64,000 bases of DNA from contig JAFIES010000115.1 in NCBI GenBank assembly GCA_020832415.1, positions 1,189 to 65,188 of the forward strand, written 5' to 3'. Numbering within the stretch: the stretch's first letter is position 1; each line of letters opens with the position of its first letter. Source of the stretch: Balneolaceae bacterium. GTDB taxonomy: Bacteria; Bacteroidota; Rhodothermia; Balneolales; Balneolaceae. This document shows positions 38,812 to 47,539 of this stretch, in pieces. Both the position numbers and the translations under genes were made by a program. Below the pieces are notes generated by a model that did no database searches, was not told where the DNA came from, and was given only the letters and a program-made list of their open reading frames with translations.

Positions 38812-40752
38812 ATGGGTGTAGAAACAGTAAAACTGGCAGAAAGCAAAGAACAGGTTCAGGAGTTTATCAAATACCTGCTAAAGGATATCCGGGCGATGGA
38901 AAAGATGCTTTCGGAAGATTATTTCGAGACAGATACCATTCGCATCGGGGCCGAACAGGAACTTTGCCTGGTTGATAAATATGCAAAGCCGGCGCCTATC
39001 TCTATTGAACTGCTTGAAGTACTGAATGATGAAGCCTTTACGACCGAACTTGCCCGCTTCAACCTTGAAACCAATCTTGACCCCCTTGAATTTAAGGGAA
39101 AATGCCTGTCTCAGCTCGAAGCCAATATTCTCAATCAGCTTGATAAAGCCCGCGAAGCGATAAAGCAATTTGAAGGAGATGTTGTTTTGACCGGTGTATT
39201 ACCAACCATCAGGAAATCAGATCTGGATATTGAAAATCTTACACCACTGCCCCGATACAGGGCTTTGTGCGATGCCATCAATAAACTTCGGGGCGATGAA
39301 TACGACCTGCGTATCCAGGGTATGGACGAGTTACTGATGCGTTTTGATACACCACTTTTAGAAGCGTGTAATACCGGGTTTCAGGTTCATCTTCAGGTAA
39401 ACCCCGATGAATTTGTGAATAAATACAACCTTGCCCAGGCGATAACAGGACCCGTACTGGCTGGGGCTGTAAATTCCCCCCTGTTATTTGGAAAGCGCTT
39501 ATGGGCCGAGACACGAATTGCACTGTTCCATCAGTCTGTGGATACGCGCCAGGTTGGCGACCACCTCCGCGATAACAGCCCCCGTGTAACGTTTGGCAAC
39601 GAGTGGCTGAAGAACAGCATTCTTGAAATTTATAAAGAGGATATAGCCCGGTACAGAGTGATGCTCAGCTCAAACCTTACCGAGGATGTAGATGAAATTC
39701 TTGAATCCGGCGGGGTGCCAAAACTCATGGCATTGCAAGTGCATAATGGAACGGTGTATCGATGGAACAGGCCTTGTTATGGAATCAGCAACGGTAAGCC
39801 GCACTTAAGGATTGAGAATCGAATTTTTCCGTCTGGGCCAACCGTAACCGACGAAATTGCAAACGCATCGTTCTGGCTTGGATTGTTAAATGGTATGGAC
39901 AGTGAATATCCAGATATCTCAAAAGTTCTCGATTTTGATGATGCCAGAATGAATTTTATCGCTGCGTCAAAACTTGGCCTGGATACAAAATTTAAATGGG
40001 TTAGGGATAAACGATATTCAGCAGTTGAGCTTATCACTAAAGAGTTGCTGCCACTGGCAAGGGAAGGGCTTAAGAATGCCAATGTGTATGAAGGTGATAT
40101 CACCAGTTATCTCGATGTGATTGAAGAGCGAACGGAGTCTGCACAAACAGGTAGCTACTGGATGGTAAAATCGTACAATTCTTTAAGTAAAGTTGTGAGT
40201 AAAGAACAGGCTCTTACCGCTGTTACCAATGCAATGATAAAAAATCAGCGAAAAGGAGAGCCTGTGCACAAATGGGGCCTTGCTAAACCGGATGACATGG
40301 AGATGTGGCAGCCATCATCCCTGCTGGTGGAAGAATTTATGACAACAGACCTGTTTACTGTTCAAAAAGATGATATTATCGAGCTTGTAGCTAATCTCTT
40401 TGAGTGGAGACGAATACGGTATGTGCCGGTGGAAGACGACAGTAAACACCTTGTTGGACTGATAACCATGCGGATGATTTTCAGGGAGTTTAATGATATT
40501 CTACACAACAGGGGCTCTTCGAGCAAAGCAGTTGAAGATATTATGATCAAAAACCCTATCACGATTCACCCCGAGGCTTCAATCCTTGAGGCGATAGAGA
40601 TTATGGACAGTCAGAAAATAGGATGCTTGCCTGTAGTAAAAAATAACCGGCTTGTTGGTATTATTACTGAGCAAAATTATATGACAATTACATCAAGACT
40701 GCTGAAACAGATGCATAAAAATAACGGAAAAAAGGACCTCAGCGATAGCTGA
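38812..40752 (+). CDS. GCS2-family (YbdK/EgtA-like) carboxylate-amine ligase fused to a C-terminal CBS pair
   Basis: The GCS2 blocks are RIGAEQELCLVD, ACNTGFQVHLQV, WAETRIALFHQS and PHLRIENR. Two CBS repeats sit at the C-terminus (FMTTDLFTVQKDD..., IMIKNPITIHPEASILEAIEIMDSQKIGCLPVV). Confidence 0.85.
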   Translation: MGVETVKLAESKEQVQEFIKYLLKDIRAMEKMLSEDYFETDTIRIGAEQELCLVDKYAKPAPISIELLEVLNDEAFTTELARFNLETNLDPLEFKGKCLSQLEANILNQLDKAREAIKQFEGDVVLTGVLPTIRKSDLDIENLTPLPRYRALCDAINKLRGDEYDLRIQGMDELLMRFDTPLLEACNTGFQVHLQVNPDEFVNKYNLAQAITGPVLAGAVNSPLLFGKRLWAETRIALFHQSVDTRQVGDHLRDNSPRVTFGNEWLKNSILEIYKEDIARYRVMLSSNLTEDVDEILESGGVPKLMALQVHNGTVYRWNRPCYGISNGKPHLRIENRIFPSGPTVTDEIANASFWLGLLNGMDSEYPDISKVLDFDDARMNFIAASKLGLDTKFKWVRDKRYSAVELITKELLPLAREGLKNANVYEGDITSYLDVIEERTESAQTGSYWMVKSYNSLSKVVSKEQALTAVTNAMIKNQRKGEPVHKWGLAKPDDMEMWQPSSLLVEEFMTTDLFTVQKDDIIELVANLFEWRRIRYVPVEDDSKHLVGLITMRMIFREFNDILHNRGSSSKAVEDIMIKNPITIHPEASILEAIEIMDSQKIGCLPVVKNNRLVGIITEQNYMTITSRLLKQMHKNNGKKDLSDS

Positions 40753-40769
40753 ACATATTTAAAATACAG

Positions 40770-42677
40770 GTGCTTAATATGGGGCAGCAAAAGCTTTCAA
40801 TTGCAAAAGATCCTGAATCGAGGAAGAAGTTTCTTCTACATTTGCTGCATGATGTAGAAGCAATCGAAAAAATGCTCGAAGATGGACAGTTTGAATCAGG
40901 TATTAGCCGAATCGGTGCTGAGCAAGAGTTTTGTCTTGTGGATAAACATTTCAGGCCGTCTTTAAACTCGCTTCAGGTATTGGAGAAGATATCAGATCCC
41001 CATTTTACACCTGAACTTGCCAGGTATAACCTCGAAATAAATCTGGATCCGCTAAAATTCAGCGATGACTGTTTCTCGGTGATGGAAACGAGTTTGCGAA
41101 ATTTGCTCAATAAAGCAGAGTTGGCGGCCGGTTCATTCGAAGAGAAAATTGTACTGACTGGTATCCTGCCTACCATTGATTACAGAGCAGTTCAGATGGA
41201 GTATATGACTCCAAAACAGCGCTATGAAGCACTTGCCAATATCATTGCTGAATTGAGGGGTGAAGATTTTGAATTGAATATTACGGGTGTGGATGAGCTT
41301 ATTTTGAAACATCACAATATTCTTTTTGAGGCGTGTAATACCAGCTTTCAATGCCACTTACAGATAGAGCCGGATGAATTTCCTGATATGTATAACTGGG
41401 CGCAGATGTTATCAGGTCCGGTGCTGTCGGTAGCGGCAAATTCGCCGTTATTGATTGGAAAACAGCTATGGGCTGAAACACGGATACCCCTTTTTCAGCA
41501 AAGTATTGATACACGTGGTAAGGGGTATCACCTGAGGGAGCGTGCGCAGCGGGTAACGTTCGGTAACAGATGGATAGAAAATGTAGGAGATGTATATAAA
41601 AACGACATAGCCAGGCATACCCTTCTCTTTATGACAGATATCAAAAAAGATTCTCTGGATGTTTTAAAGGAGGGGAAAATACCAAATCTCAGGGCATTAC
41701 AGCTCCATAACGGAACCATTTATAAATGGAACCGACCTTGCTATGGCGTTACAAATGGTGTGCCGCATCTGCGCATTGAAAACAGATATTTGCCATCCGG
41801 TCCAACTGTAGATGATGAAATCGCCAATCTTGCACTTTGGTGTGGTTTAATGAGCAGTATGCCTGATAAGTTCAGGGGAAATTGGAGTAATATGCCGTTT
41901 GAAGAGGCTAAAGAGAATTTTCACAAAGCGGCAATGTGGGGTATCCAAAGTGGAATGGTGTGGGATGGGCGCCTCACTTCTGCACGAAATCTTATTCTGG
42001 ATCAGTTGCTGCCCATGGCACAAGAGGGGCTCGAATCAAAGAACATTAACTCGGGCGATATCGATAAATATCTTTCGATTATTGAACAGCGGGCTGCCCG
42101 CCATGCTACCGGCTCAAGATGGATCGTAAACAGTTATCGCAAACTAAAAAAAGAACTGGCAAGAGATGAAGCCGCAATTGCTCTCACGGTAATCATGCAC
42201 AACAGAAGATTATCGGGCTCGCCTGTTCATGAATGGGAGCCTGCAACTCTTGAGGAGGCCGAAAAACTTGAACTTCACTATGAATTTGTGAGCAATGTAA
42301 TGACCACAGACCTGATTACAGTGAATGAAAACGATTTGGCTTACCTTGTGCTCAAAATAATGGATTGGAGAAACATACGGCATTTGCCTGTTGAAGATAG
42401 CCGTGGATATCTGAAAGGAATTATTACAAAAAAGAGATTGGTTCAGTATCTTAGTGATCCCAAAAAGAAAGACCTCGCAACAGCCGGAGATGTGATGGAG
42501 AAAGATCCTGTAACCATTGGCCCAAACGAGGATATAAAATTTGCCATGCTCTTGATGCTTGATAAAGGGGTAAGCAGTTTGCCTGTGGTAGAACACGGAG
42601 AACTGATTGGAATAATAACAGACAAGGATACAAGAGACGTGTGGAATAAGATGAAGAAAAAAACTGATGCAGATTAA
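40770..42677 (+). CDS. Second GCS2-family carboxylate-amine ligase fused to a CBS pair, paralog of 38812-40752
   Basis: It carries the same blocks (RIGAEQEFCLVD, ACNTSFQCHLQI, WAETRIPLFQQS, PHLRIENR) plus two CBS repeats. The gap from the upstream paralog is 17 nt. Confidence 0.85.
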   Translation: MLNMGQQKLSIAKDPESRKKFLLHLLHDVEAIEKMLEDGQFESGISRIGAEQEFCLVDKHFRPSLNSLQVLEKISDPHFTPELARYNLEINLDPLKFSDDCFSVMETSLRNLLNKAELAAGSFEEKIVLTGILPTIDYRAVQMEYMTPKQRYEALANIIAELRGEDFELNITGVDELILKHHNILFEACNTSFQCHLQIEPDEFPDMYNWAQMLSGPVLSVAANSPLLIGKQLWAETRIPLFQQSIDTRGKGYHLRERAQRVTFGNRWIENVGDVYKNDIARHTLLFMTDIKKDSLDVLKEGKIPNLRALQLHNGTIYKWNRPCYGVTNGVPHLRIENRYLPSGPTVDDEIANLALWCGLMSSMPDKFRGNWSNMPFEEAKENFHKAAMWGIQSGMVWDGRLTSARNLILDQLLPMAQEGLESKNINSGDIDKYLSIIEQRAARHATGSRWIVNSYRKLKKELARDEAAIALTVIMHNRRLSGSPVHEWEPATLEEAEKLELHYEFVSNVMTTDLITVNENDLAYLVLKIMDWRNIRHLPVEDSRGYLKGIITKKRLVQYLSDPKKKDLATAGDVMEKDPVTIGPNEDIKFAMLLMLDKGVSSLPVVEHGELIGIITDKDTRDVWNKMKKKTDAD

Positions 42678-43824
42678 AGAAGCCGACAAGGAAGTTTTAG
42701 AAGATAATGAACGGCTGTGCTGGCATTACAACTCTGAGAAACCGGGTCCGGTTTTGGTTCTCTTAGTGGGTATTCACGGGAATGAGCCCGCAGGTGTAGA
42801 GGCAGTAAAAAGAATCGCTAAAAAAAGCGCGAATTTTGAAGGAAGATTTTACGGCAGTGTGTATGCCATTGCAGGAAACCTGAAAGCCCTTGAACAGGGA
42901 GTTCGATACATCGATACAGACCTGAACCGTTTGTGGGAACTGTTCAATACAAGCAGGGACTACTCCCTGAAAAATGGGGCCGTAAAACCAGTAGAATATC
43001 TCGAAAGCCTTGAGATTAAGCGTGTAATCGAAGCGATTATTAATAGACATGCTGATCAATTAGATGATTTTGTTTTTGCGGATCTCCATACCACATCATC
43101 TCAAAGTTGTGCATTTATTTTACTGAATGATACTCTCTCAAACAGAGAACTTGCCCGAAAATTTCCTGTTCCTCAAATACTCGGTATTGAAGAGAATATT
43201 CAGGGTACACTTCTCAGTTACATCAACAACCTCGGGTTTAGAGCGCTTGGGTTTGAGGCCGGTGCGCACGATGATGAAATATCGATTGAGCGGAGTGTTG
43301 CATTTTTGCATTTGCTCCTTCACCAGGCCGGCAATATTGAACTAACCGATGTTGAACGTCGAAAATACAGTGACATTATTGAGGTGTACGAAGATGTGCC
43401 AAATACGTACTACGAAGTAATCCATCATAAATTGGTGGATAATGCCGAGGATTTTCAAATGATTGAGGGATTTGAAAACTTTATTCCAATTGAAAAGAAT
43501 ACACCTCTTGCATATGAACATGGAATATTAATTCGTGCGCCTAAAAGCGGCCGGATCTTTATGCCTCTATACCAGAAAAAAGGCCATGATGGTTTTCTCA
43601 TAGTAAAAGAGGTTTCTCCATTTTGGCTCGAAGTGTCAGGATATCTCAGGAGAAGTTCTGTTCACGGCTTTCTCAGGTTTTTACCGGGAGTAACCCGAAC
43701 CGGCAATCGCAGCTTCGAAGTTGACCTGAATGTAGCCAGATTTCTTGTAAAAGATATTTTTCATCTTCTTGGCTACAGGGTTACAGAAAAAAATGAATTT
43801 ACGCTTATTTGTTACCGGCGATAA
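42667..43824 (+). CDS. Succinylglutamate desuccinylase/aspartoacylase (AstE/AspA) family zinc deacylase
   Basis: LLVGIHGNEPAGVEA holds the HxxE zinc motif, and DLHTTSS and GFEAGAHDD are further family blocks. It overlaps the upstream ligase gene by 11 nt. Confidence 0.82.
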   Translation: MQIKEADKEVLEDNERLCWHYNSEKPGPVLVLLVGIHGNEPAGVEAVKRIAKKSANFEGRFYGSVYAIAGNLKALEQGVRYIDTDLNRLWELFNTSRDYSLKNGAVKPVEYLESLEIKRVIEAIINRHADQLDDFVFADLHTTSSQSCAFILLNDTLSNRELARKFPVPQILGIEENIQGTLLSYINNLGFRALGFEAGAHDDEISIERSVAFLHLLLHQAGNIELTDVERRKYSDIIEVYEDVPNTYYEVIHHKLVDNAEDFQMIEGFENFIPIEKNTPLAYEHGILIRAPKSGRIFMPLYQKKGHDGFLIVKEVSPFWLEVSGYLRRSSVHGFLRFLPGVTRTGNRSFEVDLNVARFLVKDIFHLLGYRVTEKNEFTLICYRR

Positions 43825-43871
43825 ACCCTATATTTGCCCCAAAACCACTATTTGATGCAATCTGAACCTCT

Positions 43872-44576
43872 ATGTTAGATTATCGATTTGTTGATGGAAC
43901 CCGGCTAACCTCCGTACTCGAAGCGCTGATATTTGCCAGCCCGGAACCTATAACCTGGGAGAAACTTTCAGCGATTATCAAAGAGAGCGAGGAAGAGCTT
44001 GAACTTGACAAGCCCACCATACGGCGTATTGTTGATCAGCTCAATGAACGATTTGAAGAGAATGATCTCTCCTTCAGAATTGAAGAGACCGGCGGCGGAT
44101 ATACCTATGTTACACAACCCCGGTTTCATCCATGGCTCAGTATTTTTCAACATGAAAATGCGTATCGGAAATTATCACAATCGGCCATTGAAACACTGGC
44201 AATTGTGGCGTACCGGCAACCCATCACCAAACCTGAGGTGGATAGTATCCGCGGTGTGGATTCGGGATATATTCTAAGGCAGCTTCTTGAAAAAATGCTC
44301 GTGAAAGTATCCGGCCGGGCCGATTCCCCGGGCAAACCCCTTCTCTATAAAACCACACCCTACTTTCTCAAACATTTTGGAATCAACTCTGTTGATGAAC
44401 TCCCTAAACCGCGCGAAATTGATGAAATTCTGAAAGATGATGATATGGCCGAACATCGCCGGCTTTTGATGGAGAGACAGATGGAGCTGGAAGATCAGCA
44501 GGCACAGGAGCTGTTTGAGGAATTTTCAGAGAATCACGAAGAGAGTGAAGAAGATCAGCAAAATCCGGACTTATAA
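43872..44576 (+). CDS. scpB: Segregation and condensation protein B
   Basis: LEALIFASPEPITWEKL and AIETLAIVAYRQPITKPEVDSIRGVDSGYILRQLLEK are ScpB winged-helix blocks. The tail is acidic. Confidence 0.9.
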   Translation: MLDYRFVDGTRLTSVLEALIFASPEPITWEKLSAIIKESEEELELDKPTIRRIVDQLNERFEENDLSFRIEETGGGYTYVTQPRFHPWLSIFQHENAYRKLSQSAIETLAIVAYRQPITKPEVDSIRGVDSGYILRQLLEKMLVKVSGRADSPGKPLLYKTTPYFLKHFGINSVDELPKPREIDEILKDDDMAEHRRLLMERQMELEDQQAQELFEEFSENHEESEEDQQNPDL

Positions 44577-44676
44577 TTTTTTGGTTGAAATTTGATTTGT
44601 ATTGCTGAATAAAATGAAAAAATTCAGTAAGCTAATGGGATAACATCGTTCTACCAGTTAATCAAATTTTAATCAT

Positions 44677-45057
44677 ATGAAAATCAGATCATTATTATTG
44701 AGCATACTGCTCGTAGTTGCTTTTTCAAATCTATCTTATGCATCATCAGAAGAGTCGCCACTGGTGGGCTCCTGGGAGTTTAACGTTACCGGAGCTCCAT
44801 GGGAGTACAGCCGGGGTTTGATTATTGTTGAACCGGGAGAGGATGGCGAGCTGTCGGGAAAAGTTGAATTTAGTACGGGGAGAGTGGTTCAAATAGCTTC
44901 AATTCTCGTTGAAGACGAAAGTGTGGTTTTTGAGGTAGTTGTGGATGGGTATGATGTGAAATCAGACCTGCAACTTTCCGGAGATGACCTGCAGGGAGTT
45001 GTACAGACGATTGAAGGAAACATGAACTTTTCTGCAAAAAGAGCAGTTTCAGAATAG
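44677..45057 (+). CDS. Hypothetical small secreted protein
   Basis: It has a signal peptide (LLVVAFSNLSYASS) and a beta-rich 100-aa body. I recognise no family. Confidence 0.55.
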   Translation: MKIRSLLLSILLVVAFSNLSYASSEESPLVGSWEFNVTGAPWEYSRGLIIVEPGEDGELSGKVEFSTGRVVQIASILVEDESVVFEVVVDGYDVKSDLQLSGDDLQGVVQTIEGNMNFSAKRAVSE

Positions 45058-45102
45058 TTTTTACCCCTCATTTGCTGGGAAAAAATCGGGTGTTGAGATT
45101 GA

Positions 45103-45585
45103 GTGTATTTAGTGTGTATATTAATACACACTAAATATTCAAGAAACTCATTACTATTGGCTGAGAAAAGTATCACAGCATCCATCCTTTGGGACAAATT
45201 TGGAATTGGGGTTTCAGGCATTTGCGCAATACACTGCCTGTTTTTTCCCGCAATAATCTCACTGCTTCCCGTTTTTACTTCCATATCGTTTTTACACGAA
45301 TGGGCACATCCTCTATTTCTCATTTTACTGTTACCGATTGTCTACTACGCCGCAAAGAGAAGCCATTTCGACAGGTTTATTACATCTCTGTTAATTGTCG
45401 GGTTTCTTTTTGTGCTTGCCGGATGGCTTTTGGGCCATTTTTGGCTGGGTTTGGTTGTAGAAACTTCTCTTACTGTAATCGGGAGTTTTATTCTTATATC
45501 AGGTCACTGGTTGAATTATAAACATCACAGATCGTGTAAGGTTAAATCTCACAATCACCACCCGATTGAAATGCAAAAAAAATAA
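45103..45585 (+). CDS. MerC-like integral membrane protein
   Basis: DKFGIGVSGICAIHCLFFPAIISLLP resembles the MerC N-terminal Cys-containing TM helix. There are four TM segments and a His-rich tail (KHHRSCKVKSHNHHP). The first 18 track codons translate the palindrome, so the real start is probably the TTG at 45157. Confidence 0.68.
   Translation: MYLVCILIHTKYSRNSLLLAEKSITASILWDKFGIGVSGICAIHCLFFPAIISLLPVFTSISFLHEWAHPLFLILLLPIVYYAAKRSHFDRFITSLLIVGFLFVLAGWLLGHFWLGLVVETSLTVIGSFILISGHWLNYKHHRSCKVKSHNHHPIEMQKK
45106..45137. promoter_or_regulatory. 32-bp palindrome, candidate operator in front of the MerC-like gene and metal island
   Basis: TATTTAGTGTGTAT-ATTA-ATACACACTAAATA has perfect 14-bp arms and a 4-bp spacer. 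It lies just upstream of the likely TTG start (45157) of the MerC-like gene. Confidence 0.5.
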
Positions 45586-45589
45586 CATC

Positions 45590-45919
45590 ATGAAACGTCT
45601 CAATTTTACTCTCGATAAATCCACTGTTGAACTGCTCAATGATCTGTCAGAAAAGTACTATGAGGGGAATAAATCGCAGACGGTTCGTGCCGCGCTCGAA
45701 AGTCTTGCGGCAAGGCAGGGTCATGATGGCTGGGTAATCAGCGGGTACACACCGCTTCGAATTGATCATGATGCGAATTGCCACACATGTGGTACAGATT
45801 ACAATGAGGGCAACATTCTTTTCCGCCCTGTTTTTGAGAGAGGTAACAGTCCGGCAGCAATTCAGCAGATACCCAGTGAAGAGTGGGTAGAGTGCTCAAG
45901 TTGTGTGGAAAAACAGTGA
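45590..45919 (+). CDS. Ribbon-helix-helix (CopG/Arc-like) protein with a C-terminal CxxC...CxxC zinc-ribbon-like domain
   Basis: MKRLNFTLDKSTVELLNDLSEKYYEGNKSQTVRAALESLA follows an RHH pattern. The Cys pairs are CHTCG and CSSC. The ATG at 45590 lies 4 nt after the MerC-like stop, so the track start at 45566 is less likely. Confidence 0.6.
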   Translation: MKRLNFTLDKSTVELLNDLSEKYYEGNKSQTVRAALESLAARQGHDGWVISGYTPLRIDHDANCHTCGTDYNEGNILFRPVFERGNSPAAIQQIPSEEWVECSSCVEKQ

Positions 45920-45942
45920 TACTGAAACACTTTTTTTGAATT

Positions 45943-46293
45943 TTGAAAAAATTTCAAACGAACATATCAACCTATAAAAAGTTTCCGGCTCTTTTAGCTA
46001 CGCTCGGCTTACTGTTTATTGTGCTGCATCCTCTCGAGCATGCGGCAGAAACGTTTTTATTTGAAAGTGATACAGTACACCATGAATTACCTGCAGACAA
46101 AAAGAATGATACAACAGAATCAGACTGTATCGAATGTGTTCTGGTTACTTCAATGGTTACCGATTGTGAACCAACATCGGTAATTCTTCAAATCAAAAGT
46201 GATTATATCTCAGCTACAGAATTCAGTTTTTTGAAATTAAAGCAGGCTGATTTTGGCTTTTCTCTTCGCGCTCCCCCGCATTTATACGTTTAA
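45943..46293 (+). CDS. Small membrane-anchored CxxC protein ending in an RAPP motif, paralog of 49537-49887
   Basis: It has one N-terminal TM helix, His residues (HPLEHAAE, VHHE), an acidic stretch, then CIEC and C-terminal ...FSLRAPPHLYV. The start codon is TTG. Confidence 0.55.
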   Translation: MKKFQTNISTYKKFPALLATLGLLFIVLHPLEHAAETFLFESDTVHHELPADKKNDTTESDCIECVLVTSMVTDCEPTSVILQIKSDYISATEFSFLKLKQADFGFSLRAPPHLYV

Positions 46294-46387
46294 ATCACTA
46301 AGCACATCCAAAACCGGATTCTTAAACGAAATTCCGGTAAACGTATAAACGCCCCGAGGCTTTCAGGCTTGGGATAATCTTATATAA

Positions 46388-47443
46388 ATGATTAAAAATA
46401 AGATACCTATAACTATTTTATGTGGTTTTTTGGGATCGGGTAAGACCACTCTTTTGAACCACATTCTTGAAAATAATAAAGGTAAAAAAGTTGCTGTAAT
46501 TATTAATGAATTTGGCGAAGTGAACGTCGATTCCAAACTGGTTAAACATACATCTGAAAAGGTGATTGAGCTCTCAAACGGCTGCATCTGCTGCACGCTG
46601 CGCGGTGATTTGATTGAGGGAGTTCACGATTTGATACAGGAGCATAACATCGATCATATCGTGATTGAATCGACAGGAATCGGGGAGCCGGTACCCATTG
46701 CACAGGCGTTTTACGTTCAGCCTGAACTGCTGGCGCTTGAACCGGGCATCCCAAACGTTCAGCATCGTGTATTTGTGGATTCAATCATTACTGTGGTAGA
46801 TAGCTCCCAGTTTATGGAAATGTATCAGCGAAACAGCACGGTAGAGGGTGACGACTTCAACCGCGGTTACGGTCAGCTCCTGGCCGAACAGATTGAGGGC
46901 GCCGATATTCTTATTCTGAACAAAACCGACCAGGCATCAGTAACTCAAATCGATACGCTGAAAGAGCTTTTCTCAACGATGAACCCGAGAGCAGTTATGT
47001 TTGAATCAGAATATGGCCAAGTTGATCCGCAGGAAATCCTTAACACAGGAATTTTTGATATACAAACTGCTGAGCAGTCGTCACTTTGGGTTGCAGAGCT
47101 GGAGAAGGAACCGGGTTCTGAGTCAGAAGAGTATGGAATTGAAACTTTCGTCTATACAACAACCAATCGATTTGAAGAGACAAAACTGATAGATACACTA
47201 AACAGTGGTCTGCCCGAAAATATTTTTCGGTCGAAGGGATTGATTGCTATTGAGGGTTCTGATGCTGCATTTCTATGGAGTCAGGCAGGCAAGTTTTTGC
47301 AATTCGAACAGATAGGGCGCTTTCAGGATGCTGAGAATGCACGAAGTGAAATCGTATTCATCGGCCAAAACCTGAACAGAGAGTGGATTAAAGATAAACT
47401 TGATAACGCTGTAACCTCTACTTCGTTCGCGAGAACGAAATAA
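46388..47443 (+). CDS. COG0523-family G3E GTPase (CobW/ZigA/YeiR-like metallochaperone)
   Basis: It has a Walker A motif ([12 protein letters not shown]), the metal-binding motif [20 protein letters not shown] and a CobW_C-like C domain. Confidence 0.9.
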   Translation: MIKNKIPITILCGFLGSGKTTLLNHILENNKGKKVAVIINEFGEVNVDSKLVKHTSEKVIELSNGCICCTLRGDLIEGVHDLIQEHNIDHIVIESTGIGEPVPIAQAFYVQPELLALEPGIPNVQHRVFVDSIITVVDSSQFMEMYQRNSTVEGDDFNRGYGQLLAEQIEGADILILNKTDQASVTQIDTLKELFSTMNPRAVMFESEYGQVDPQEILNTGIFDIQTAEQSSLWVAELEKEPGSESEEYGIETFVYTTTNRFEETKLIDTLNSGLPENIFRSKGLIAIEGSDAAFLWSQAGKFLQFEQIGRFQDAENARSEIVFIGQNLNREWIKDKLDNAVTSTSFARTK

Positions 47444-47539
47444 ACATAAGTCACTAAGCATGGGAGGGTGATGCCTTCCATGCTCTTTTACACATCCAGA
47501 AAATCATTTGTAAAACCTTTAACAATAGAACAGATATTT

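Noticed and set aside
42210-42689. 159-aa minus-strand ORF
   Set aside because: It is fully antisense to the CBS region of the second GCS2 ligase and has an odd composition (Cys/Phe/His-rich). It is a shadow ORF.
44889-45323. 144-aa minus-strand ORF spanning the palindrome
   Set aside because: It overlaps two better-supported plus-strand genes and the 32-bp palindrome, and it has no motifs.
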